A DNA stretch of 64,000 nucleotides, taken from positions 1-64,000 of the IMG/VR virus record IMGVR_UViG_3300031787_000077. One strand, 5' to 3'. Positions 50,354 through 60,158 of the stretch are shown here, one piece after another; position 1 is the first letter of the stretch; each line of letters starts with the position of its first letter. The position numbers and the translations under genes are program-made. Origin of the DNA: an uncultured virus (IMG/VR IMGVR_UViG_3300031787_000077). Lineage: Duplodnaviria > Heunggongvirae > Uroviricota > Caudoviricetes. The notes beneath the pieces are model-generated. The model was given only the letters and a program-made list of their open reading frames with translations, ran no database searches and was not told the origin of the DNA.

Positions 50354-50941
50354 ATGTCTAATGAAACTAAAAAAGCGTCTAATAGAAGGAAAAATACTTG
50401 GTTATATAATAAAATATTCTCAGGTTATGGTATAGATATAGGCTGTGGATCGGATATACTGAATAAAGAACAAGAATTTCCAAATATTATTCAAGTGGAT
50501 CCTTTTGATATAGAGCATGGAGATGCTCAATATATAAATCAATTTGTTCACAATCAATATGATTTTGTGTATAGTTCTCAATGTTTAGAGCATATGTATG
50601 ATCCTTTTATTAGTATTAAAAACTGGTGGTCGATAGTCAAACCAGGAGGGTATTTGATTTTAAGCGTTCCAGATGAAGACCTGTACGAGCAAGGGATTTT
50701 CCCTTCTAGGTGGAATAATGATCATAAATGGACTTTTTCTATCAATAAAAAGAACAGTTGGAGTAAAAAACATATAGATATATTGTATTTAATATCCTCA
50801 TTAAATAATTTTTCCATAATAAAAATAGAGCTGATAGATACTAATTACGACTATTCTATTGTAAATACTGATCAAACAAGAAGTGATGCCGAAGCTTTTA
50901 TTGAAGTTATACTAAAAAAGGAAAATAACAAATGCATATAA
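50354..50941 (+). CDS. class I SAM-dependent methyltransferase
   Basis: IDIGCG, YDFVYSSQCLEH, VKPGGYL. Confidence 0.85.
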   Translation: MSNETKKASNRRKNTWLYNKIFSGYGIDIGCGSDILNKEQEFPNIIQVDPFDIEHGDAQYINQFVHNQYDFVYSSQCLEHMYDPFISIKNWWSIVKPGGYLILSVPDEDLYEQGIFPSRWNNDHKWTFSINKKNSWSKKHIDILYLISSLNNFSIIKIELIDTNYDYSIVNTDQTRSDAEAFIEVILKKENNKCI

Positions 50942-51570
50942 AATTTAATTCAGAAGACTATGAAAAAATTATAGAAATAGCAGATTCGTTTTGTAAAGAC
51001 ATAACCGATCAGTTTGGTTGTGATATAGCAGAAATTCATTTGCTTATATATAAGCTTATAAGCACTTTAAAACCAAAAACATATGCGGAAATAGGCTCTC
51101 ATGCTGGCAGGTCCGCTTTTTTTGCAAGCGTAGCCAGTTCAGAATTTGAAACTGAAATATATTGTTTTGACAAACCCAATGCCGGTTGGGGAGGAGTTCC
51201 AAATACACAGCTTTTTTTAGAAAAGACCCTTAATACAGTAGCTCATAACAGATATCAAATATATTATGGAGATTCTCATAGTGACCTTATAAAAGAAAAA
51301 ATAAAAGAAAAAATATATGATTTATTTTTAATAGATGGAGATCATTCACCGGATGGTATGATGGCGGATTTTGCTGTTGTTTGGGAAAATGTTAGGTCTC
51401 AAGGTTTGATTATTATAGACGATTTGTTTCATCATCCAGATCTCGATGTTGCTTTTGATAAAATAATTTTAGATTATAAAATTGATACATATATAAAATA
51501 TATAAATAGCGATGCTATTGATTACAGTAGAATACTGCATAGAGGAGTCGGGATAATTCAAAAACCATAA
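50932..51570 (+). CDS. class I SAM-dependent methyltransferase (Methyltransf_24-like)
   Basis: EIGSHAGRS, IDGDHS, IIDD. Confidence 0.8.
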   Translation: MHIKFNSEDYEKIIEIADSFCKDITDQFGCDIAEIHLLIYKLISTLKPKTYAEIGSHAGRSAFFASVASSEFETEIYCFDKPNAGWGGVPNTQLFLEKTLNTVAHNRYQIYYGDSHSDLIKEKIKEKIYDLFLIDGDHSPDGMMADFAVVWENVRSQGLIIIDDLFHHPDLDVAFDKIILDYKIDTYIKYINSDAIDYSRILHRGVGIIQKP

Positions 51571-51722
51571 ACCTAAAATAAAAAAAGAAAGATTATTGAA
51601 ATTAGAATCTTACGTTGCTGCTTTGCGGGGATCTGCTAAAATAATGAGGATATTGGGTTTGAGACTGACTTATGCATTTCAAAATTTATTTGAGCATACT
51701 AGTGGGCTAATTAAAATAACGA

Positions 51723-52256
51723 ATGATGAATAGACTAAACAATCAAAGAGTTTATCTGGCTGGTGCTATGGATAGGGTAGCAGATAGAGGCTCCACATGG
51801 AGAGATAATATTACGCCTTTCCTAGAAAATATTGGAGTTATAGTATTTAACCCAATCAAAAAACCAACAGACATAGGATTAGAAGATAATGATAGTCATG
51901 CTGTTAAAACTAAACTAAAACAGCAACGACGATATGAAGAACTATCATCTATGATGAAAACTATTCGTAGTGTGGATCTACGATTAGTTGATATTAGTGA
52001 TTTTCTGATAGTTAATCTTGATTTGGACGTTCACCCATGCGGCACATATGAAGAAATGTTTCTTGCAAATCGTTCAAAAAAACCTATAATTATTCATGTA
52101 GAGCAAGGTAAGGAACATACACCGGATTGGCTCTTTGGAACCATTCCTCATCAAATGTTTTTCTCAAACTGGAAAGATATAGAACATTACCTAACTCATA
52201 TCAATAGCGATGAAAATATAGATACCTATAATCGTTGGCGATTCTTTAATATGTAA
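51723..52256 (+). CDS. nucleoside 2-deoxyribosyltransferase-like protein
   Basis: VYLAGAM..WR..FNP..DL..VDISD..GTYEE. Confidence 0.75.
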   Translation: MMNRLNNQRVYLAGAMDRVADRGSTWRDNITPFLENIGVIVFNPIKKPTDIGLEDNDSHAVKTKLKQQRRYEELSSMMKTIRSVDLRLVDISDFLIVNLDLDVHPCGTYEEMFLANRSKKPIIIHVEQGKEHTPDWLFGTIPHQMFFSNWKDIEHYLTHINSDENIDTYNRWRFFNM

Positions 52257-52260
52257 TTAT

Positions 52261-53394
52261 ATGCAAAAACTAATTAACGAAATAAAACTAGATTTTGATG
52301 ATGTTTTGATTAGACCAAAAAGGTCCACACTCAACAGCAGATCAGAAGTTGATTTATCAAGAACCTTCAAGTTTGCACATTCTCCTAGAGAATTAACTTG
52401 TGTGCCGATTATGGTTGCTAATATGGATACTGTTGGAACAGTAGGTATGGCTAAGTCATTAACACAACATAAAGCGATAACCTGTTTACATAAGCATTAT
52501 GACTCAGACACTCTGATTAAGCTATTTACTTTAAAACCATCTACTGAGCTGATATGGTATTCTACAGGAACTTCTCAAAAAGATTTATCAAAACTAGAAG
52601 GGGTTTTTTATACTATCAGAGCAAGTGGTGGGTATATTCCTAATGTGTGCTTGGATGTGGCAAATGGATATACAGAACAATTTGTCAAAACTGCCGCACA
52701 CTTACGCAAATCTTTTCCAGAAATTATTTTAATGGCTGGGAATGTGGTTACTCCAGAAATGACTGAAGAACTTATTCTTCATGGCAAAGTTGATATAGTC
52801 AAGGTTGGTATAGGCTCAGGTAGTGTTTGCACCACACGTTTAAAAACGGGCGTGGGATACCCTCAATTGAGCGCTATAATGGAATGCGCCGACGCTGCTC
52901 ATGGTCTAAAAGGTCATTTATGTAGCGATGGAGGATGTAAAATTGTTGGAGATATTTGTAAGGCATTTGGTGGTAATAGTGATTTTGTAATGCTTGGTAG
53001 TATGTTTGCTGGAGCGGATGAGTGTGAGGGAGAATGGGAATATGAATATCGCGGAGCCATAATTAATAACGACAACACTGTACTCTGTGAGTGGTGGCAG
53101 CCGAACGATCCTGGTTCACAAACAGAAAAAAGAAAAAAAACGTTTAAGTATTATGGAATGAGCAGTAAAAACGCGATGGACAAACACCATAATGGAGTAG
53201 CAGATTACAGAACAGCAGAGGGTAAATGTGTTACTGTTCCATATAAAGGACCAGCATCAGAAATTATACAAGATATCTATGGTGGCTTAAGAAGCGCATG
53301 CACATATATTGGAGCAAATAATATAAAAGATTTTGGCAAAAAAACAACATTTATACAAGTTAATAACACTCATAATAAGGTATATGAAAAATGA
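52261..53394 (+). CDS. guaC: GMP reductase
   Basis: LDFDDVLIRPKRSTL.SR, ANMD, DVANGY, KVGIGSGSVCTTR, YYGMSS, GLRSACTY. Confidence 0.92.
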   Translation: MQKLINEIKLDFDDVLIRPKRSTLNSRSEVDLSRTFKFAHSPRELTCVPIMVANMDTVGTVGMAKSLTQHKAITCLHKHYDSDTLIKLFTLKPSTELIWYSTGTSQKDLSKLEGVFYTIRASGGYIPNVCLDVANGYTEQFVKTAAHLRKSFPEIILMAGNVVTPEMTEELILHGKVDIVKVGIGSGSVCTTRLKTGVGYPQLSAIMECADAAHGLKGHLCSDGGCKIVGDICKAFGGNSDFVMLGSMFAGADECEGEWEYEYRGAIINNDNTVLCEWWQPNDPGSQTEKRKKTFKYYGMSSKNAMDKHHNGVADYRTAEGKCVTVPYKGPASEIIQDIYGGLRSACTYIGANNIKDFGKKTTFIQVNNTHNKVYEK

Positions 53395-54464
53395 ATATTT
53401 TTTCTCCAGTTAGTGCGCATACAGGATATGGTTTAGTTGGATATAATATATGGAAACATATCTATAATCATAGTCCTGAGAAGACCACATTATTTTTACA
53501 AGGACAAGGTAGTTTTGAACAAAATTGGGATATATCTGCCTTAAAACAAAGTATTGATAATAGAATTCATTTTAATAAAGATGCTCCATGCTTTAAGCTA
53601 TGGCATGGTAATGACTTATTTACTAGAACTATTGGTAATTCTAAGTATGGAGTATTGTCATTTTTTGAAATTGATAAACTAACTCCTATAGAAAAAGTAA
53701 GCTATAATAGTGCTGATATTATTATGATGCCATCATTATGGGCAAAAAATGTCTTAGAAAATAATGGTGTGACCAAACCAATAGTAGTTATACCACAAGG
53801 CGTAGATACCACTATTTTTAATGGACTAGTTTCGCCTCCAGATAAAGAAACCAGAAACACATTTGTCTTTTTAAATGTAGGCAAGTGGGAAGTACGTAAA
53901 GGTCATGATATATTAGTAGATATGTTTAATAATGCTTTTAATGAAGAAGATGATGTGGAATTATGGATGATTAATCATAATCCTTTTTTAAATAATGAAC
54001 AAACTAAACAGTGGGGTGAATTATATTCGTCATCTAAATTGGGTTCAAAGATTAGATTTTTTCCACGACTACCAGATCAAGCAACATTGTCTAAAGTTAT
54101 GTCATATGCTGATTGTGGAATATTTCCATCAAGAGGAGAAGGATGGAATAATGAAGCTTTAGAGATGATGGCAATGAATAAACCAGTTATTATCACAAAC
54201 TATTCGGCGCACACACAGTTTTGCAATAAAGATAATTCATATTTAATTGATATTCAAGAAACAGAGTCTGCATTTGATAATATGTGGTTTCATGGCGAAG
54301 GTAATTGGGCCACAATTGGTCCTGATCAAATAGACCAAAGTATAGAACATATGAGATATGTCTATAAAAATAATATTAGAACAAATCCTAGTGGACTACA
54401 AACAGCACAAGATCATTCTTGGACTAAAACGGCCAATAGCATCATATCTACTATGTATAGTTAA
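53391..54464 (+). CDS. GT4-family glycosyltransferase
   Basis: GKWEVRKG, PSRGEGW..EMMAMNKPVI. Confidence 0.85.
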   Translation: MNIFSPVSAHTGYGLVGYNIWKHIYNHSPEKTTLFLQGQGSFEQNWDISALKQSIDNRIHFNKDAPCFKLWHGNDLFTRTIGNSKYGVLSFFEIDKLTPIEKVSYNSADIIMMPSLWAKNVLENNGVTKPIVVIPQGVDTTIFNGLVSPPDKETRNTFVFLNVGKWEVRKGHDILVDMFNNAFNEEDDVELWMINHNPFLNNEQTKQWGELYSSSKLGSKIRFFPRLPDQATLSKVMSYADCGIFPSRGEGWNNEALEMMAMNKPVIITNYSAHTQFCNKDNSYLIDIQETESAFDNMWFHGEGNWATIGPDQIDQSIEHMRYVYKNNIRTNPSGLQTAQDHSWTKTANSIISTMYS

Positions 54465-54496
54465 TTGGTGTAATCAAATTAAATAGGAGATACTAT

Positions 54497-55006
54497 ATGC
54501 CAATACCAAAAAGAAAACAAAACGAAGACAAAAACACTTATGTGTCTCGTTGCATGGGTAATGAGACGATGAAAAAGGACTATCCAGACTCAAAACAAAG
54601 AGTAGCCATCTGTTTAGGACAAACACGCACAAAAAGTAATCTCATAGAAGAAGTTCATGATGAGCTTTTTGCTAAAAATTGTTCATGGGATGATGAGTGG
54701 GATGAGTTTGTATGGGAAGTAGAAGCTAAAGAGATTTTTGATGAAGAAGGCAAGAGTTTAGGATCAGAATATCAGGGGAGAAAAGTAACACTAAATAAGC
54801 CCTTTAGAACACCAGATGGTCCAAAGAAATTTGCTGTTTATGTAAAAAATGAAAGTGGTAATGTTGTGATTGTACGTTTTGGTGATCCTAATATGAAAAT
54901 CAAGAAAAATATTCCAGAGCGTAGAAAAAGCTTTAGGGCTCGACACAATTGTGATAATCCGGGTCCAAAATTTAAAGCCCGATATTGGGCTTGTAAGTCA
55001 TGGTAA
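54497..55006 (+). CDS. conserved phage protein
   Basis: N-terminal SRCM...QRVAIC and C-terminal RFGDP..RRKSFRARHNC..ARYWAC; preceded by GGTGTA at 54467. Confidence 0.7.
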   Translation: MPIPKRKQNEDKNTYVSRCMGNETMKKDYPDSKQRVAICLGQTRTKSNLIEEVHDELFAKNCSWDDEWDEFVWEVEAKEIFDEEGKSLGSEYQGRKVTLNKPFRTPDGPKKFAVYVKNESGNVVIVRFGDPNMKIKKNIPERRKSFRARHNCDNPGPKFKARYWACKSW

Positions 55007-55028
55007 TAAAAAAATAAGGAGAATAACT

Positions 55029-55517
55029 ATGTCTGAACGCATCAAAGATATTTTAAATTCTGTTAATGAAACTCTTCATAACACAAAATCTCAAGATACT
55101 GACTTTACTGAAGTTGAAGAAATGGAAGTTGAAAGTCCAGAAATGGAATTGATGGAATATAAAAACGATTTTTATCAAATGAGTGTTGGTGCCATAAAAT
55201 CAATTGCCACACACGCAAATGTTATCCTACAAGCATTAGATAATCCTAGCGTAAAGGAAGCCTTGACAGAAAGCTGGCTACAGGGTAAAATCGCCGTGAC
55301 CGAAGATTATATGATCACGATCCACAATTTTGTCATGTTTGGTAAAACAGAAACCGATACTGAAGGTAGCGTTTCTGAACACGCCACAAATGGCGATAAA
55401 CCTGGACTGTGGGATAATATTCGTAAGAAAAAGGAAAAGATGGGCAAAAATTATCGACCAGCTAAACCTGGAGATAAAGATAGACCCGATCCAGAACAAT
55501 GGAAAAAATTAACTTAG
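55029..55517 (+). CDS. conserved phage protein
   Basis: ESWLQGKI and KPGLWDNIRKKK motifs; AAGGAG RBS. Confidence 0.65.
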   Translation: MSERIKDILNSVNETLHNTKSQDTDFTEVEEMEVESPEMELMEYKNDFYQMSVGAIKSIATHANVILQALDNPSVKEALTESWLQGKIAVTEDYMITIHNFVMFGKTETDTEGSVSEHATNGDKPGLWDNIRKKKEKMGKNYRPAKPGDKDRPDPEQWKKLT

Positions 55518-55566
55518 TAGTTAATTAGTATAAATACTAGGACTCTTATTAAGGATTAAATAAAAC

Positions 55567-56223
55567 ATGATAGATATTGTATCTGTTGGTAATCAAAAAT
55601 TATCTTATAAAGACCATGCTGATATTCAATTTGAGTCTTTACCATTCTATTTAGAATTAGCACAAAAAGCCATATCTAAATTTGGTAAGAACTTTTCTGC
55701 AAATATTAGCAAGGAAATGTTGAGAAGTGAGGACGCTATAGCGTCGGTAGCAAACTGTATAATGATGGCAGATTGGAGATGGGATAAAGATCGGAAGGGA
55801 GATTCTGGTTTACAAAAAACTAAATATTCTTATAGAAATCAGTGCGCTATTTGGGCAATCAAAAGCTATATCAGCCGTAAGAAGAATAAAAAGAGTAAAA
55901 GAGGTATCGAGATCAATGGCTGCTATGATAGCGAACAAGATTACTCATTATTAGATATCTTATGTATTGAAAATGAATGTCCAGTTGAAACACTACAAAA
56001 TAAAGAAGAAGATCAAAATCTTAAAAATTATTTTAAGCAAATATTAGATCCTAACAATAAATTGCTCTCAGAAAGACAGTCTCAATATATCAAAATGTAT
56101 TATTTTGAGAATAAGACATTTGCTGAAATCGGCAAAAGGTTTTCTGTAACCAGAGAGGCCGTAAGACAAGGTATCAAAAAGGCAATTATAAAAATTAAGG
56201 AGGTTAGCGAAGCACATGCCTAA
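55567..56223 (+). CDS. phage-encoded sigma70-family factor
   Basis: Region 4 HTH LSERQ...KTFAEIGKRFSVTREAVRQ; region 2-like YSY..CAIWAIKSY. Confidence 0.78.
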   Translation: MIDIVSVGNQKLSYKDHADIQFESLPFYLELAQKAISKFGKNFSANISKEMLRSEDAIASVANCIMMADWRWDKDRKGDSGLQKTKYSYRNQCAIWAIKSYISRKKNKKSKRGIEINGCYDSEQDYSLLDILCIENECPVETLQNKEEDQNLKNYFKQILDPNNKLLSERQSQYIKMYYFENKTFAEIGKRFSVTREAVRQGIKKAIIKIKEVSEAHA

Positions 56224-57359
56224 TGTTAAAATATTATTGAGTGTTATTAGTGCGGAACCAACAAGAAATGAAAAATACGTCTTATCTTCAACAGATCATC
56301 AAATAATATTCCCATCATTTGAATTAGTATCTGGTGATAAGATTGAAGATGAAATTATAAATTTTTTGGGTAATTTTTTTGGACCACTAGCCCTGAAAGG
56401 CCACGCCTCCAGTTTAGGATTGTTGAGTGTGAATCATCATAATGTTCAAAATCTGCTAGACTGCAAAAATACCATATATATACTATATGGTTTAGTAACT
56501 CATAAACTACCAATTTATAATTCTGGTGTGGTATGGAAATCTTTTAATTTTTTAGATCTATCTATACCAAATGAACTAGCAATTATTGGTGAAACTATCA
56601 GATTAGGATTTTAAATGATATTAAGCATATTCAAAAAAATATTTAATAAAAAATCACAAAAAATTACTAAATTAGAATTTAATCTTGATGATAGTATAAT
56701 CAATACAATCTTTTATCATTATGACGAAACCACTGAGGATGCCCATAAAATAGCTAACATAATTTATGCTTTAAATACAGGATTATTATCAAAACAAATT
56801 ATAGATAGTATAATTAGTCTGAAAACTAATAATAAACAATTTATTACAGATATTTTAAGTAGAATAAACTATTTAAGCACCTTAACATTAGATAATGTTG
56901 TAGTAACTCCACTGGAAACTTTTAATAAAAATGCAAAATAATCCTACTATAGTTTGGGAAAAATGGGTTGATCCATACGGAAATAATCCAGAAGATATAG
57001 AGTGGCCAGGATATGATTCTGATCATATTATTGATGATCATGATGAAGAATCTGAACACAAGCCTAAAGTTAGCAAAATTAATGCTATAGTCACTTCGAT
57101 GGGTATTATTCCATTTAATGAACATACAGATTGTAGTAAAATTTTTAATTTTTGGGTAGGACACACCAATTTTAGTATTACTCAATATATTGCTCATATT
57201 TTGCAGTCTATAGAGGGGGTTGAGACTTTGGATATATTTACTAGATATAGATTTAGAATAGCATTTGGTAAGGCGTTTGATGATAGACAAGTGATGGATA
57301 CTATAAATAGTAAAATCAAAACATTATTTATCACAAATGCCAATGAATCCGAATTTTGA
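56216..57359 (+). other. three hypothetical genes
   Basis: ORFs at 56216, 56615 and 56931. Confidence 0.65.
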
Positions 57360-58014
57360 ACAAAAATTATCCAATATCCATCATTATGGTATTGATCCAG
57401 AAAATAGAGAAATATTTCTCCATTCACACATGATGGATTGCGAGGATGAAAATGGCGTAGATTATAGATGTGCTGTGACTTTTGAAAAAAATTTACGCTA
57501 CCTTAATACCATATCATTTGATCCTATTATTATACATATGCATATGCCGGGCGGCGATTGGTCGGATTGTTTGGGTATATATGACGCTATGCAACACTCA
57601 CAATCTCCCATTGCCTGCGTAGCATATGCTAAAGCAGAATCTGCTAGTGGTGTTATTTTCCAAGCGGCCGATCTGAGAATATTAATGCCTAATGCATATA
57701 TGCTTATTCATTATGGGTCTTTATCACTAGATGGTGAACACAAAGCGGCCCTTAGTAATCTAAAATGGAACGAACAAGAAGCATCAAAAATGATAGAAAT
57801 TTTTACAGAGAAATGCTGCTTGTCTCCAATGGCTAAAGAAAAAATGTGGAAAAAATCAATGATAAAAAAACATATAACCTCCCAACTGTCTAATAAATCA
57901 GATTGGATACTTACAGCTAACGAATCGGTGTATTATGGTTTTGCTGATGGTATATTTGGCACATCACCATATCAATCCATAGAACACATCAAGAAAAAAT
58001 TAGCGAAAAAATAA
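57337..58014 (+). CDS. clpP: ClpP-like serine protease
   Basis: REIFL, HMPGG, AESAS (catalytic Ser), MPNAYMLIH (His), LTANESVYYGFAD. Confidence 0.8.
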   Translation: MPMNPNFEQKLSNIHHYGIDPENREIFLHSHMMDCEDENGVDYRCAVTFEKNLRYLNTISFDPIIIHMHMPGGDWSDCLGIYDAMQHSQSPIACVAYAKAESASGVIFQAADLRILMPNAYMLIHYGSLSLDGEHKAALSNLKWNEQEASKMIEIFTEKCCLSPMAKEKMWKKSMIKKHITSQLSNKSDWILTANESVYYGFADGIFGTSPYQSIEHIKKKLAKK

Positions 58015-58652
58015 TGTTTATAGAATACTATATTACTAATATAGACGAAAAAGAAATTGAACTAAAAAATAATATAGAACAAATTATACAATACCCCATA
58101 TCAGGCATAGTAGCGTCTCATCCACAAAGCAAATTTATAAAAAAAAATTTTCCTAATATTCGTACCGGTTGCTTTGTAGATTATCCCATAGCTAATAATG
58201 ATATTGATCGTAGACCAGATTTAATCAAAGACGCAATCAGTATTGAATGTAATTATATTAATATTACCATACCATTCTATTATATTATTAATAGAAAATA
58301 TAATAAATTTAGAGAAGATATAAAAAAAAATTTAGATATCTGTAACTCCCATTCTATAGAATTAAGATATATTCTAGAATATCGTAAATTTGATCACCAG
58401 CTATTATTAAAGGTTTGTGAAATTCTATTAGAAAATCAGATCAATACCATATATCCTTCAACGGGACTGTTTTTAGATAATATCGAAGACAATACTATAG
58501 CATGTGCCTATCTCAATAATAAAACAGGCATTAATACTATTGTAAATGGTAATATTTGGAAAAAAGACCAAATCACACAAATACATAAAATTCAACCATA
58601 TGGATTTAGTACAAATCAAATAGAGACTGTAAAGCTTGCTTTAATACCATAA
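58014..58652 (+). CDS. degenerate DeoC/DERA-like TIM-barrel protein
   Basis: VDYP, RYILE and PSTG align with DeoC VGFP, KVILE and KTSTG. Confidence 0.55.
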   Translation: MFIEYYITNIDEKEIELKNNIEQIIQYPISGIVASHPQSKFIKKNFPNIRTGCFVDYPIANNDIDRRPDLIKDAISIECNYINITIPFYYIINRKYNKFREDIKKNLDICNSHSIELRYILEYRKFDHQLLLKVCEILLENQINTIYPSTGLFLDNIEDNTIACAYLNNKTGINTIVNGNIWKKDQITQIHKIQPYGFSTNQIETVKLALIP

Positions 58653-58742
58653 TAATAATAGCCAATAAATATACAAACTTATGTTATTTGGTGTATAGAA
58701 CTTTGAATCTCATATTAATGCAAATTTTCATGGAGAAAACAA

Positions 58743-59345
58743 ATGCCTATTACACAAATTGTAGCAGTAAAAGCTGATGGTAGTGAGTATAATACAGTAC
58801 CACCCAATGCCACGGGTAGTGGTGCTGGCGGTAATGGCGGTTCTGTTGCTAAAGCCTCAGACTCGTCTTTGCTTGATGGCGTAAGTGTGGCACGATATGA
58901 TGCTGGTGTTTTTGGTTCGACCGTTTTAGATAATAATCATATTGATAAGGCTTTATCTGGCGGCACTTTAGCTTATAATAATCCTGGCCCAATAGCCAAA
59001 AAGATTACTTCAGATCTTAATGGATCAGCAAATGATGTGCTTCGTAGTGGCGCTGCTCAACCAACATTAGTTCAGAGTATCCATAAGATTCAAGTAGAAG
59101 GTATGGGGTATGCTGAAGGTGTTAGAACCACAAAGACTACTTCTGCTATTAGAGGTGGCTACTGGAATATTTACAATGGTCAATTTGCTGGTGGCTATCC
59201 TCAGTCATCTGTTGATGTATTGAGTTTAGCTCCTTCATATCAAGATAGTGCTGCTAATCCTACACGAGCCATACCGGGTAGAATTACATATAAAACATCA
59301 GCACCAGTATCAGTAAATACTAATTACAAAAAGAAAACTGGCTGA
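58743..59345 (+). CDS. probable virion structural protein
   Basis: Gly/Ala/Ser-rich; GGTGTA motif at 58690 and GGAG RBS; first gene of the structural block. Confidence 0.55.
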   Translation: MPITQIVAVKADGSEYNTVPPNATGSGAGGNGGSVAKASDSSLLDGVSVARYDAGVFGSTVLDNNHIDKALSGGTLAYNNPGPIAKKITSDLNGSANDVLRSGAAQPTLVQSIHKIQVEGMGYAEGVRTTKTTSAIRGGYWNIYNGQFAGGYPQSSVDVLSLAPSYQDSAANPTRAIPGRITYKTSAPVSVNTNYKKKTG

Positions 59346-59377
59346 TAATTTATATAAGCCTCATACTGATTTAGTGT

Positions 59378-59411
59378 ATATAAGCTAGTAGAGTATTCTG
59401 CTAGCTTATAT
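59378..59411. promoter_or_regulatory. 15-bp hairpin (terminator or leader structure)
   Basis: ATATAAGCTAGTAGA-GTAT-TCTGCTAGCTTATAT. Confidence 0.6.
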
Positions 59412-59428
59412 TCTTTAATGAGGTCTCT

Positions 59429-59749
59429 ATGAGTGAAACTATTATACATTTCTGGGAAAATATTGCTACTACTAGCATAGGAATTATTGTGACCATGTTA
59501 GGATTTTGGGTGGCTATTGGCCGTAAAATGGTCACTAAAAGTGAAGTGCTTGAAATAGTTAAAAATGAAAGCCCCTATCTGATTGATAGGCAGTTTATCA
59601 TGGAAAGATTAGCCATGAATAAAGAAACTCAGGCCGCATTTGCTAATGCTTTACAACGCAATACTGAAGTTATGAATGATCTTAAGGTTCAATTAGCAAC
59701 ACTAGGTAAAACTCTAGAAGCTTTAGAAGATAGAATAGAAAGAGCATAG
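59429..59749 (+). CDS. TM plus coiled-coil protein (holin-like architecture)
   Basis: N-terminal TM segment, C-terminal coiled coil. Confidence 0.45.
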   Translation: MSETIIHFWENIATTSIGIIVTMLGFWVAIGRKMVTKSEVLEIVKNESPYLIDRQFIMERLAMNKETQAAFANALQRNTEVMNDLKVQLATLGKTLEALEDRIERA

Positions 59750-59753
59750 ACTT

Positions 59754-60155
59754 ATGAAAGCATCATTATATGATTTTGCAATTGATCAGGGCAGTTCTTT
59801 TAGATTATCATTTATTTATAAAGATGCCCAAGGTAATCCTATTGACTTAACTGGGTGGTGCGCACGACTAATTTGGAAAACAAACAAAGGAGATGTTCAA
59901 ACATTTATTACCACAAATGTAGATTATACAATATATAAATTTACTATTGATCCCTTGTTGGGTAAAGTAACTTTACTTTTGCCGCCATCAACAACTAATA
60001 ACTTAGCGTTTAATACCGCTAAATATGATTTAGAACTTCAAAGCGATGATGAGATTTATACAGGGGCTGGTAAAAATATAATTAGATTACTATATGGTAA
60101 TATTACTCTTAATCCAAGATTTAGTAAAACTGATACCTTATTAAACTGTGATTAA
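59754..60155 (+). CDS. Ig-like/BppU-like virion protein
   Basis: IDQGSSF...KD..GNPIDLTG, YDLEL, LLYGNITL. Confidence 0.65.
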   Translation: MKASLYDFAIDQGSSFRLSFIYKDAQGNPIDLTGWCARLIWKTNKGDVQTFITTNVDYTIYKFTIDPLLGKVTLLLPPSTTNNLAFNTAKYDLELQSDDEIYTGAGKNIIRLLYGNITLNPRFSKTDTLLNCD

Positions 60156-60158
60156 AAT

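Noticed and set aside
51571..51722. Duplicated remnant flanking the glycosylation cluster (TTGGGTTTGAG shared with about 46639)
   Set aside because: The match is only about 11 bp, too short to support an insertion-site duplication.
55529..55536. T4-type late promoter TATAAATA (also at 31488)
   Set aside because: Expected by chance in AT-rich DNA and absent before the virion genes, where GGTGTA is found instead.
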